This document shows positions 23,571 to 37,645 of a stretch of DNA of 64,000 nt, piece by piece. The notes below the pieces were generated by a model, which saw only the letters and a list, made by a program, of their open reading frames with translations, did no database searches and was not told where the DNA came from. The stretch is from Antedon mediterranea (taxonomy: Eukaryota > Animalia > Echinodermata): assembly GCF_964355755.1 (NCBI RefSeq), contig NC_092676.1, forward strand, positions 9,091,888 through 9,155,887, given 5' to 3'. Position 1 is the first letter of the stretch. Every line of letters begins with the position of its first letter. The position numbers and the translations under genes are program-made.

Positions 23571-25573
23571 CCCGGGTCAAAAACATATTCACACGTCGTC
23601 CACGATAAACACATTTTAAATTTAAAACAAAACATAGTAATTATTGTAATTTTGAATTGGTATAGGTCACATCTTTAAAATATAAGTTTCCTAATAATTA
23701 TCTTCTAATGATCATGAATTATTATTAAAATAAAATATACATGTCACATGTCGCCCTGCCAAACTAAACTTTATGAAAGGAGCTTTGCGTTGCGTGTGTA
23801 AACTCTCCAGAGTCAGGAGAGTTAGCCTGCTAAACTTTACATTGGAAGAATAGGGATGGAGCTTTGCGTCCGCAAACTCTCCAGAGTCACGAGAGAGTTA
23901 GCCTGCTAAACTTTACATTGGGAGAATAGGAAATAGAGCTTTGCGTCCGCAAACTCTCCGGAGTCACGAGAGAGAGTTAGCCTGCTAAACTTTACCGGAA
24001 GAAAGGCGATTGTTTCGCCTGAACGGTTTTCTATTCAAAGCATACAGGCAAGCATTGCACTGGTAGGTGGGGGGAAGACAACAGATAGAACAGCATTCGT
24101 GTTCTAAGATCTTGGCTCTTTAAGGAAATTAAATATACTTTTCTTACTTTCAAAATACGTTATATTTGATGGATTTTTACAAATCAAGGATAAATTTGTA
24201 TGTTTTAAATACTTCTAAACACATTTATCTTGTTTAAAGTGATGAAATATGTTTCTGAAAAAAGTTAGGATATGCTGTAAAAACTTGTAGTAGGCCTACA
24301 CATGTTATCAGGGATGGGTTCAACAGACTGTGAAAGTTCAGTAATAGTAGGTTCAACAATAGGTTCAATAATGGGTTCAATATTAGGTTCAATAATAGGA
24401 GTATCATTAGGTAAATCAATAATGGGACTTGGAAGAATCTCGGTATCTTCAAAACAAAGTTGAGAAACAGACACAGGCTCAGGGCAAGGTTGGAGGGATC
24501 ATGGTGCGGAATCTAAACAAGATTGCGGGATGAGTAGAGGTTCAGAACAAGATTGCGGGATGAGTAGAGGTTCAGCACAAGCCACAGGAGAATCAAGAAT
24601 AGTGACAGAAAGTTTAGGACTGGGTACAGATGATACTGGGGAGTCAACTACAGCTGGCTCTACATCTGTTGCAACTTCACTTGCTTCTTTAACATCAAAC
24701 TCACAAAAACTGACGTGACTACAGACTCGATGCTCTCGTCAAAGAACGCATTTACAGGACTACTATCAGTGGAAACATTTCCAGCACTAATATGAGATAT
24801 ATAGCAGGAGTAGTTTCATGGACAAATTCTTGGGCATCTACATTCAGCGGAAAATGGGGTGAAATGGACGAAACTGTAAACGTTTCTACAGGGAGTGTGA
24901 CTGAGAAGTCTAATGAGACTAGCATTGTAACCTCCTTCTCACTGGATTCACCACTGTCATCATGCTCGCTCTCAGTGACATGAACTTTTGCCTTAGACCG
25001 CGTGTAATAGGGCGGTTTATCTTCTGTTTAGTAGGTTTTGCTGGTGGATCTTCTTTGTTTAAATAGTCGATGGGCAGAAGTATGTTTCGATGTAGTGTTC
25101 GTAGGCCTACTCGACCACTATTTGATTCTGGCTTCACACGGAGTCCCACTGGTCAGCGAGTTTGTGTTTACCCTGTAGTCCCAGATTTCGAATCAACACT
25201 CGATCACCTGGATGAAGATCATTGACTCGTACTTTCAAATCATGTCGAACTTTGTTCTTGCGTGCTGACTTCGCTGCCTCTTCAGATGCCATTTGATAGG
25301 CAAGCGATAGTTGGTCTCTCAGATCGTTGACGTACTTTATGGGGTCAGCGTTACCAAATCCATCTGGGCTAATTCCAAGCCGTAAGTCAACAGGAAGTCT
25401 CGCCTCTCGTCCGAACATCAGAAAATAAGGTGAGAAACCTGTACTGTCATGCTTCATACAGTTGTAAGCATGAACCAAAGCACTGATATAGCGACTCCAG
25501 CTTTCCTTCTTTTCGCCTTCGAGTGTATACCTAACATATTCATTAAAGTTCGATTAAAGCGTTCAGGTTGTGC
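23571..25573 (-). mobile_element. Gypsy integrase remnant, unit 2
   Basis: ORF 25134-25478 reads VHAYNCMKHDSTGFSPYFLMFGREARLPVDL. It retains 7 bp that are deleted in units 1 and 3. Confidence 0.92.
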
Positions 25574-27139
25574 TAGATTAAACTCACTCACTCTCTTAAC
25601 TATCTTTTAACTTCCCAGAGACGAGAAGTGTTTACACCTACTTGTTCATTCCTTGCAAGACATGCTTCCTGATGATGTCATCATCATGTCAACCCAATCA
25701 CGTGTGTCCTCCGCAAGTAAAAACGCACTTGATGAACTAGAAAAGGAAATAACTACAAAACTTAAAATTCTAACCGCTCACAAATTTGATTACAAAGTGG
25801 AAAAAGTGAAAGATGATAAAGAAAAAAAAAACAAAATCTGTAGAAGAGTGGAGGAAAGAGTTTAGACAAGACAAGAATATTTCTTACAAAAAACGCTGCT
25901 TGCTTATTTTTATTGCTAAGGTCAAGTCTGGGGGGTCACTTCATCAAGCCTAGATACTTATCCTTTTACAAAAAAAAACTTCAATGGACTGTTTTGATAA
26001 TAATTCAATGATTATCTGACAGTGAATTATAGTACCCATGTAATATCATGGGACTCATAAATACCAGAAATGCTTTGGGATTTGTTATTAGACTCTTTTC
26101 CCAGCCGTTTTTTTGGATTCAATACCTATAAATTATAGTCGAGTTTCCATTTTAACAAAAATGTCAAAGTGTAGTATTATACTGCTGCTTGATTTCATCT
26201 AATGAATGAGTTATCTCGTATGACGTAGCGGGCTAGAGCAGCAGCGTGAAAAAACTTAAAGAAGTGGAATCTTAATAAAAGTGATTGTTGCAAAAAGTGT
26301 TGTATAGAAATAGAAAGTGAAAAACATATGTTGTACACCTGTAACAGCATTCAATCAGATTTGAGGAAGTTCCGTAAACTGATCGGTTAAATGTATTCCG
26401 ACTAATGAAACATTACGGTCAGGTTTCCCCGAGTGGTAAGACATAATTATAGGAACTCAGAACACGCTTGTTAATGAACTCATCTCTTTATTTACATTTA
26501 GTATTTACAAATCTTGCATTATTTATAAAACAAGCAAACGGATTATCACTTGGAATTTATTTAAGATAGAACTATTTAAAAAAATTTAATTAATAAAAGC
26601 AATATTATGTTCAAAATGTAAAACTATACAATTTTATAAAAGTACCCAAACAAAACATAATCTTATAATGCAATATACCATTTTATCATATTTATTTATA
26701 TTATATCGAAACTCTTTTTAATACTGAATATCAATCTTTATATCGTTTTAGCTCTGTAATATAAATTTTCTCTGTATACATGTTTGTTTTATCTAGACTT
26801 CAACACAATTTCAAAATATTTTACATAATCTTCCTCTGTCTGCGTAATATCACTTAAATATTCATTGATAAATAGATAGATAGACAGACATATATACTGT
26901 AACCTTCACCATATTGTTGTTTATCATTGCAATAAAAGTGGGTTGCCCCCACAAAAGAGAAAAAAAATATATATTGCTGAAATTAAGCCTCAATAAATAA
27001 TATTGTTGAGAAGAGGAACACATTTATACAGTATATAATTATATCCCATTTTCATGCATAAAGCAATAGTATCTGCCTCTGAAGCACCACCAACAAGATA
27101 TTATTTTTTTAAAATATATCCCATGTATAAGCAATATTA

Positions 27140-30100
27140 TTATCTATCTGCCTCCGACGTCTCCAAGCACCATGAACAAGCATTTTGGAACATCTTCATC
27201 CACGGTGACGCTTGTAATGTCTCCCGCCAATCTTGCGGCATCCATGGCCATTGCCACGTCAAAGTTGTACGCTCTGGATGAGGCATGATCGCCAGATGAC
27301 GGCCATCTGCGGAGCAAATTGCCGCTACGCCATTGGGTGAGCCATTGGGGTTCAACGGGTATTCAGTTGTCACTTCTCCTTTGTCATCGACAAAGCGCAC
27401 TGGTGCAAGATTTTCAGACAGAACTGTGTCTTTTGTTTCTTTGTTAGAAAACTTCATGTGCCCTAGAGAGAAACAATTTGAGTTGAGTAAATTTAATAAC
27501 ATTTTTAGTTAAATTAAAATATAAGTTTGTACTAAGCATCCATCATTATCAAGAGGTATCAATATCTAACCTTCTCCATGCTGTGTCCAGACACCAAGCA
27601 CAGAGCCTTCCATTCCTTTCAGCATTAAAGCAGGGCTTTCATTAATCTTTACAGCAACAAAACGAGACTCAAAACGCTCGGAAAGATTATGAGCAAGATG
27701 GACTCCTTGCTGAGCTGATGCTGCGTCTAAAAGACAATAACAAATAATTCATAATAAACAGTCTGTCAACAAATGGATATCAAAAAGTAGTTCATATTTT
27801 CTTTTTACTTGTCAAAGAGGCATTACATGCTTTACACCGGTGTCCTACTACCACTACACTACTTACTAAATATACCTCATGATACCTTACCTGTAGTAAG
27901 CTCCTTGGTGACATCTGGAGCAACCCAGCCTAGCAGGCCCATTAGTTGGCAGCCATTGCATACACCCAGTGAGAAAGTGTCTTTCCTTGCTCTAAATGCA
28001 TCAAACTGAGCACGCACAGCTGGGTTGAACAAAATAGTTGCTGCCCAACCTAAAATGATTAATAAACATTATTTAAATAAACTAGAATAAATATTTATTT
28101 AGGTTACTATCTGTCTAATACTAGTATAATACTTGGTTACTGCTCCCGCATGTATTTTTGCTATGCTACAAAAAGTGCAATCAGAAAAGTATACCTTTTG
28201 CAGAACCACAAACGTCTGCAAAACTGAAGCCACCAACAAAAACTACTCCACGGAATTGATCGAGGGTGACTTTCCCGCAAGCTAAATCTTGCATATTGAC
28301 GTCCCATGTTTCAAAGCCAGCCATGTGTAGTGTTGAACTCATCTCTCGATCTCCATTACTGCCTTCCTCACGGATCACAGCAACCTTTGGTTTCATTCCA
28401 TCTATGGAAGGCCAATTATGATTATGTATATGGTAACTAATGAGCCAAATTTAACTCGTATTACTTTAACAAATTAAAATTCAGAACAAGATAATCAATA
28501 TTCCAAAATTGGTTCTAACCTTTAGAGCATCCCTTTTTAACAGAATTCAAATTTGTTGCAACAGGGTCAAAGGTTAATTTAAATGGTGGTGCTGTTCTAT
28601 TTGCTAAATTGCGTTGCTCCACTTCAACACACTCTGGATTTGCTTGTAGTTTTTCCAGTTGAAAACTAGTCTCTTCCCACACGTCTCTAAGAACAGTCAT
28701 CTTTTCATTCAAGACTTCTTTCTCATTTACCGAGATGACAACCTATAATTTACATGTAAAATATTCAGATTCATTCTAAAAACCATCATAAATGATAAAT
28801 GATCGTAAATAAATGTTCAAATATTGCTTCCATTTAAAAAAAACAAAAACTTACCATTGACCCTTGACCTGATCCACTAGAGTGACCAATTAGAGAACAA
28901 AGGACATTATTGTCACTGAACTGTCTACAAATGTCCTCACTAGCATTAGCTGTTACTTCTAACACCAGCCCTACTTCTTCAGCAAACAGAATATCAATTG
29001 CAGTTACTGAAAATAAATATATAAAGTCTTACAATGTATTATTGCTTACCAGAGGTTCTGGAACTATATGAAAGATTAAAATGACACTTTACAGATCCAT
29101 TCGAGGCATTTATAGAGATAGCATAATGCTTACCATCAGGTTCGGAAAGTTTGACGTCAATACCACAATTCCCAGAAAACGCCATTTCTAATAATGTTGT
29201 TACAATACCGCCATCACTAATATCATGACCAGCTGATATTTTTCTATCTACAAAAGGATACAAAAGACAAAGTTGAATTCATATCTCTAAAGCTCTGTCT
29301 ACACTATCAAACTTTATGTGATGTGATATGTCCATATATGGACATGATATCATATCACTACCATTTTTGGGAATTTCACTACCCTATTTAGGCGCATCAC
29401 ATTTTTTTGTCAAACTAGTTTGATAGTGTAGACAGCGCTTTATATTATAACTACAAGTAAATGAATTTATTGTAAACGTCTAATTAATAAGTCTATGAAA
29501 ATGACTACCTTTGATAAGATTTTGCGTTGTGTTGAAAGCCCTTACAAACGTTTCCGGTTCATCGAGATCAGGCGAGGATTGTCCGAGTTGATTATAGCAC
29601 TGAGCGAGGGCACTACCACCTAACCGGTTATGCCTTTTACCAAATGAAACCCAGAGCAAAGTCCCTGAAATAGAATATGTAAAGTCTTGTTTATAAATAT
29701 ATTATATTTTTTGTTTGTTTAGGTAGTTAATTTAATTGTACCTAACAAAATGTGCAATGTTATATTCACTTTACCTTTACTGTCTGGACATTTAAGGTCA
29801 GGGGTCACAGTTGCAGTAATATCTGGGCATGCCACATACACAGACACAACCAATGCACCTAAAAAATTGTAATTGATATTTCATTATTAGTAAGTAAATG
29901 GAGTAAAGAAGTGTATTAGTGTATTCAAGCTTAACTTATTAAAATAATTCACAATATTGTACATCAGACTCTATACTAGTTATTAACAAGCATGAAATGT
30001 CTAACCTGGAGCTTTGATCGTTTCAGAGCCTATCCTGGCAGCCATACTCAAAGAGTCCTTCCCACCATCCACAGCAACACCCAACTTGCCCATCACCTCG

Positions 30101-33100
30101 CACATAGCCTCGCATGCATCATACAATGCAGCACCCTCACCAGGAAGCTTCGCTGGCCACATCCAGTTACCGCTACATTTGACATCTTTAAGATCGGAGA
30201 CCCTAGCAAACACAAGATTGGTAAGGGCTTCTCCTACAGACATCCTGGCACCACAGCCAGGATCGACTAACCCTTTAATAGGCTGCTCTCCAATGGCTGT
30301 AGCTGAGCCTACAGTTTCAAAGTGGGAGAGTGCGATAACAGCAACATCAGCGAGTGGTGTGTGCAGGGGGCCTACACATTGCTGCTGGGCTATCAGGCCC
30401 GTGACAGCACGATCAACCTAACAGAAACAATATATCCTGGTTATACACTTTCCATATTCCTTCACACAAATAAATTATGCAATATTAAAGATAAACAGAT
30501 CTTTACCTTATTAGTCAAAAATCTTTTACTGGCTACTGAAGGTAGACGCAGAACACGGTCGAGTGCACATCGGACAGTCAACCCATCAGGTAGTGTTAAC
30601 TGCTTAAGTTTTGGTTTACATCGATCATACTTGAAAACCTGAGAGAAAAAAAAATATAATTCTATATAATTTTACAGACAGAAAGAGACACTATTATTAT
30701 AACACATAATTATTTTCAATGGTTATTTATGATGAAATCTGTGAGATTGAGAAAAGGTGACCTCAGCTGAGATTTGAACCTGGAATCTTCTGCTTGATAT
30801 GCAGACATACTACCATTACACCACTGATGCATTCATGGTATGGTTCAAACTTATTACCGACACTACTCTACTATCAAGTCTCCATCATACCTTTTGCGGC
30901 ATCTTCCCAAGAACCCATTCAAGTTGGAGATCAACTGGATAAGTAAGTGCTGTTCTTTTTATGCTTGGAGGTTCTGCATCACCCTTACCAGCTTCCACTT
31001 TCTTTTCCACCTCAAGACGAATCTGAAACAAAACAAAATATTTTTGTATTGCAAAACTCTTATGCACTCTATCTGTGCATGAAAAGGCATTCTTCAAAAT
31101 TAGTAACACTGTAGTATTTAAATGCGTTTTTTCATACTTATCCCACAGTAAGCACAAACTTGCCAATTACAGGATGGATAAAATATTTTATAGTTTATCG
31201 TGCTTATAAACTAAGTTTTATTTCAGGCTTAGGGAGTGAAGTTGAAAGAGTCGTGAGTTACAACCCTTGACCTTGATTGAACCCTTGACCTTGGAATTGG
31301 AAGGCAAGCATGTTAAACCACCAAGCAACAGCTCCACTAAAAAAATTTAGAATAAAGTAGGTAAAAAAAATCATCCAAATATTACCTTCCCATCACCTGT
31401 AATGTCACCAACAAAAACAGCTGGACATTTCTCTCTGTCACAAATATCTTGAAGTTTTTCTTGATCCTCAGATCGTATTAGTATGGCATTGGACTCCTGG
31501 TATTCTGCACCCCATAGTTCTAAGGTGTTGATGGTTGGATCACCTAGTTGGAATTCCTTAGCTTTTATTAGAGCACCTGCAGGTTCACATATCTCCTTTA
31601 AAACATTACCTGTACACAAAAAAATGATTTAATTGGTCAGATGTTAGCCATAGTTTGACATAAAAATAAGTACATTTGTCTGACAAAGTGTCCCCTTAAT
31701 AGGGATGTCCCAAATGAGGGGTGCTACTGTACTTAGTAAAATAATAAAAATAAGCACATTGCATGCAAACTCACCATTGCCTCCAGCTCCTTGATCATGT
31801 ATACTACATATAGGGTTTGTATCAACCATCTCAATGCACGCCCTTATAACTCGGTTTAGTTTCTGTTCCATCTCCGCATCACCGCGCTGCACGGCTTCGA
31901 AGTCCAGTTTTTCTGTATTGTCACCTTGAACTTGAATGGAAGATGCAGCGCCCCCACCGACTCCGATGCGATAGATTGGTCCACCAAGTTTTACAATTTT
32001 CATTCCTGCATGGTAAAAAATTATTCATCAGTCAATAATTAGTTTTCAATGGAGAAATAAAAACAAAATATTTTATCAGGTTACTATAATATTATTTTAT
32101 ATGACAGACATATAATATCTATGTGGAGACAACAATAATAAGAAGTACAGTATTTTTTATGGTGTTGTATTTAGTTTGTTTAACAAACCTTTTTCTGCTT
32201 CGTCTTTAGTCGCATGCATACTCTCAAGCATCCCAATACCCCCGCTGAACATAATGGGCTTGACCCACTCTCTTCTGTCGCTCTCAGTAAGCATCATGCC
32301 AAATGAACGAGAGAAACCGGTTAGAACGGGTTCACCAAACTTGTTGCCGTAGTCAGATGCACCGTTGCTGGCCTCTACAGCAACCGACAGAGCAGGCGCC
32401 ATGTTGCTAGGATAAACCATATTTTTGTCCTCCCATGGAAGGTCATACCCTGTTTAAACAAATGTTCAATCAATGATAATAAATAATTAATTACACTGAA
32501 TATATAACATTTATAAAAAGCAAAATTATGTAATTAAGCAAGCAATTATGCCTGTTCACTGCATGCGTTACTTAATATCTTTCATCCCATACTCTATTTA
32601 TACATATAAGTGCCAGTAAATGAATATCTTTTAATTGTTGTTACTTTGCAAATCTTTGATAAGGTTTATCCTTTATATTTGTATATTTGTTATGTTTTAT
32701 TTTCTGTTATATTTGTATTTATTTTGATTTTTGAGCGAGTAAAGTCTGACATCAATTTTCATAAGGACTACAAAATCTAATTTTTAGATTTATATAATTT
32801 ACCTGGAATGTTCAAATTTCCAAAACAGTAGCCTGCAGTGCCAGCCACTACATGTGCCCCCTTCCCTGCAGCCTGAACATCACGTATCCTACCCCCAGTA
32901 CCAGTTGTAGCCCCTGGGAAAGGTGCAACCCCAGTTGGAAAGTTATGGGTCTCTGCTGTGAAGATGATATGCCTGAGTGGTTCAGATTCCTCCATCACAC
33001 TTGCTGACCCGGGATTGGCTGGTTTGAGAACTTTGACCTTATGGCCTTTGATTGCACTGAAAATCAAGTAAAGTCATCAAAGTGAGAAAAAACAGTATAG

Positions 33101-35875
33101 GTTCATTGACAACATTTAAAGCTCTGTCTGTCCCCAAATATGGTAGTGATATGACATCATCATATCCATATATGGGCACATCACATTTTTTTACATAAAA
33201 GTTGATAGTGTAGACAGAGCTTTAGGCAATACTTTGTGGTTCAACAAAATGTGAATAAATATCATTTACGATGGAAATTATGCCTGTAGTATTTTATGGG
33301 CTATTTCATGACACCCTCTAGAACTAATAATTTCAGGTATAATGCCTAATTCTGTCCAGCACAACAAGATTTATACAAGAGTCATAGACACCATTCCAGT
33401 GAACTATATCGTGATTCGATTCGGAAAATATGGATATAAATATAAAAGCCACGTAAAATGTTAAGATACCTGCTGTTATCCGAGAATTTAATGACGTTGT
33501 TATCATTGCTGGTAGCTTGCGTTGACATCACCATCTTGAATAAAGAATGATCTTTTTCTTCTCCATCGATTACCATCTTACCCTTAAAAAACCAATGACG
33601 ACTATGCTCACTAGAAAGAAGACAGAAAGCAAGAAAAAACCATTTGTGGGAATATTTTCAGGAATTTCTAAATACAGTAATGAAAGCTGAGAAATGTTGC
33701 ATAGATGAAAAGAATTTAAGTAAAGAATGGTCTATGTCTTAGGATTATCCATGGTTACAAATACTATTTTACTTTATTTTAGGCTAGAAGGCAAATAGAC
33801 AATGCCACAATTGTTTTTCACCTGTTTTTTTTTTCAGGTATATATTGAGGCAGATGGTATCTTTGTTCTTTTTGACTGTTTTACTTCATTTACTTTATTT
33901 TTACCTCATTTTGATTTAGCTATTTAGCATATTCTATTTATATCTCTATCCAATCACTGATAAACTCACAGCATTGCAATATTGTATTTTCAATAATTTA
34001 GGTTTGTATTAAATAAAGATATTACTTTTACAAGACAGTAAAGAATGTAAATAAATATTCATGACCATCATTCACAGATGGTAAAACTTCATGCGACTAA
34101 AACTAAAGTGCTTTGTACCTGTTAGACTGAGCCAAGTCAAAGAGTTCAACACTTGTTGGATTCCGTTTAACCTTTTCAATAAACATGTTGGTGTAAAAGT
34201 CTATGTCCCACGTATCAAAGGCAAGTCCTGCAGTAAGAATAATACAAAATGTTTATAATGCAATATTAATAATAGAAATCTTCATCAACCATTTATTGGT
34301 CATGATAAGCTTTGGTTTATAAATTCAATAACAATGAATTCTTAAATGAACAATGTATCCACAGACCGATTAAATAATTACTGTACAGTAATATTAACTG
34401 GTTACTAGAACACACTTAAAAGAATATGAAATCATGTTGGATGTTAAGCTAAATGTAATGTTAAAGACCTATTCCCTACAATTTTTGCCTTGTCTTTTCT
34501 GTTTTATGGTAAATTATGATAAAAAGAAAGAAACAATACACATGCACAATGCATGTTATGATTTATAGAAAGTCTCTAAATGATTAGAATCAATTTATTT
34601 TTCAAATTTTTAACAGTTTTAAAGACGAAAAAGTTATCGCATACATATTTATTTTTACATTAAATGTAGTTTGTGACCTATAATTAGATCTAAAAACGTA
34701 GGAAATGGGACTTTAATCATAATATAATGATATACAGTATCAACACAAAGTTACCTATATTAATTTTAAAGTTAAGTTAATAATAGAAAAAACTGAAATA
34801 GAATTAAAAAACACAGGAGTTTAACACAGTTCAAAGTTCATCTATACTTGGGGAACATGATTGAGAGTACTACAATCACCTAATTCTTTGTTTGCCTTTT
34901 CCAGAGCAACTTTCCCTTCACCTATAACATCAATTTCAAAGACTTCTTCTGGTTTAGCTTTAATTTCAAAGCTGCTGATTGGTTCGTGGTAGTGACATTC
35001 CGTCATACGATCGTGAAGTACGGCTACCAGTAGCTTCTCTTCCTCGGGGCTGATAGACGCAGCAATGCCATGATCGTCGGCTACGTTTATAAGATAGCGA
35101 ATAGAACGCTCAATACGAGTCACATGGTTGATTCCAGCCGATTGGCAGATTGAGACAGCATTTGTTGACCAGGCCGTAGAGAAGTTCAACCTGTGTGTAT
35201 AAAAATTAAACTTATTATATCATATACAGTAGATAGTGTAATGTAATGCCCATGATATTAAATATACAGTCAACATATTCTGCCATGCATGTTTATGCCC
35301 ACCTTTCTTAATTTATGCCTATTACCTTGTTGAACAACAAAAATTATGACTTTTACTTTTTCAGATATTACCTACCGAATAACAAAACATACAGTATTAT
35401 TTATTAATACTTATTCTCAACTGAAACCGACACTAACACTGTACGACTAGACAAGAAGGGTAATTTGTTAATTAAAAAACATTTTCTGACCTAGGCCCAA
35501 TTTCAATCAGAAGTCCATCAGGTTCTTGATCATCTTCAACTATGATTGACTTGGTCAGCAGGCTAAATTCTTCAAAAGGGGTACCTAAGATCCATTGTAT
35601 TTTCTTCTGTTCTTCACCACTGAGGCAATCTATGAAAATAATACACAGTTTAATTGACATTTTCAAAATAATATTAGTTTGGCAAAACAATTTATTAAAA
35701 TTTAAATTAGAAAGGAAGAGTACCTACCTCCGTTTACTTCCACATTAAAACAAATTTCCGTTTTTAAATCTTGCAATTTAGAATTTTCCAACTGCTTTGC
35801 TAATTTCTTCCACAAAACATTTGAAGCCCCTGGGAGTAATGCCGGACTTTTATAAAACCGAGTAATGATAGTCAT
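27140..35875 (-). CDS. PFAS: Phosphoribosylformylglycinamidine synthase (FGAM synthase), copy 2, apparently intact, ~21 coding exons
   Basis: ATG at 35875, stop at 27140. Exon 2 is open (DCLSGEE) and the full [30 protein letters not shown] segment is present. The glutaminase triad is intact (GVCNGCQ; PHPER). No stop or splice lesion found on reading. Confidence 0.93.
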
Positions 35876-36140
35876 ATTCTTTAAAAAAATAAATTATTAA
35901 ATATTAGATCTATATTATTTTATATATTATTATTTATTATTATTGATGTTTACACTAAAAAAGTATAACTATAAAGTATATGACTTATAATAATAATAAT
36001 AATAAGCTTTATTTAATCACGGATACTTAACTTCAACTGAAAGTTGTTTTTCAGTAAGACCGTGTTTAAAGGAAAACACCAACAAAAATAAATGTAAAAA
36101 GACCTTAATTACTATCAAAAGAGAAAAAAAAAAAAAAAAA

Positions 36141-36465
36141 CAATTACAATGAAATAAAATGAAACAAGGGTACACTTACTAACTATAAAATTAAATAATA
36201 CACTACAGTACATTTAAATAAAGCTACATGAAATTAGCAGTTAACAGTTTCTTAAAAAGAGAGACAGTGTTCACATTTTTAATATCTTCATTTAGCTCAT
36301 TCCAAACAATTACAATGAAATAAAATAAAACAAGCGTACACTTACTAACTATAAAATTAAATAATACACTACATTTAAATAAAGCTACATGAAATTAGCA
36401 GTTAACAGTTTCTTAAAAAGAGAGACACTGTTCACATTTTTAATATCTTCATTTAGCTCATTCCT
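36141..36465. repeat. Unit-2-specific ~165-bp tandem duplication in the LINE 3' region
   Basis: CAATTACAATGAAATAAAAT...TTTAGCTCATTCC at 36141 and 36307. Confidence 0.9.
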
Positions 36466-36839
36466 AACCTTGGCACCTCTATATGATAAGCTACGTTTTT
36501 GGTTTTGGTACTATTAAATTTGGCTTAGTTCTAATATTATAGTAATTGTTTTTGATATTGAATTTATTTTTATTAAATATGGAGGTGCAAGGTTGTTCAT
36601 AATCTTAAACATAACAATAGCTTCATTTACATATAATATTTCATCTAAGTTCATCCAATTTAGACTTTGTAGAGCTTGAGTACTAGAGTGATCTGTAATT
36701 CGCGTAGCTTCAGAGTCGATGTGGCAAGGTTAGATGGTGGTTGTTGTACGGTATCACCAAGCACATCAAACGTGTTACTTGAGATTGTGCTAATGCCATT
36801 TTATTTACAGTATAGAATAGGTTTAGATACAAACTTTTT

Positions 36840-37390
36840 GGGTATTGCTTTTTTTGTTGTTTGCGCTGTGAAATCAATAATTTTCCCAAAAATTGAAGTT
36901 TTTCACCCAAAAAAAAGGAAACTTAAAGGAATTTCAAATTTGTTTTCCCATAAATTGTCTCCTTATATAGTTCTAGTTGTTATCTAATCAATATTAATTG
37001 ATTTAAAGGAGGTTTGCGCAGCTTTTTTTTTAGGTTTGCGCTGTGAAATCAGTAATTTTCCCAAAAATTGAAGTTTTTTACCCAAAAAAAGGCAAACTTA
37101 AAGGAATTTTAAATTTTTTCCCCATAAATTGTCTCCCTATATAGGTCTAGTTGTGTTTTAATCAATATTAATTGATTTAAAGGAGGTTTGCGCAGCTTTT
37201 TTTGGAGGTTTGCGCTGTGAAATCAGTAATTTTCCCAAAAATTGAAGTTTTTCACCCAAAAAAAGTCAAACTTAAAGGAATTTTATATTTTTTCCTCATA
37301 AATTGTCTCCCTATACAGGTCTAGTTGTGTTTTAATCAATATTAATTTTTTTGTTGTTTGCGCAGTGTTTGCGCAGTTTAGCAATTACCC
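36840..37390. mobile_element. Foldback element, unit 2, left arm and centre deleted
   Basis: GGGTATTGCT is joined directly to right-arm sequence. Both TSDs are retained. Confidence 0.88.
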
Positions 37391-37645
37391 AACTTTTTAG
37401 GTAGTTCAAATCCAGGTTCACTTGCAATATTCTGTAAACTAAGAATTTGTTGCTCAAGAGACCAGTTTCTTTCACTCATTTCTTTAAAAGCTTTACTAAG
37501 GTGAACAAAATTTGAATGGATTTCTTGAATTAGTGTAGCTGTTGTTTTAATTCAGAAACTTTCTCATCAGTTTGCTTTATTTTCAGCTTTAGTGATGGGA
37601 TCTGGTCCCATTATTTAGGTGTTTGAGTTGAACAATCAATTGCTT

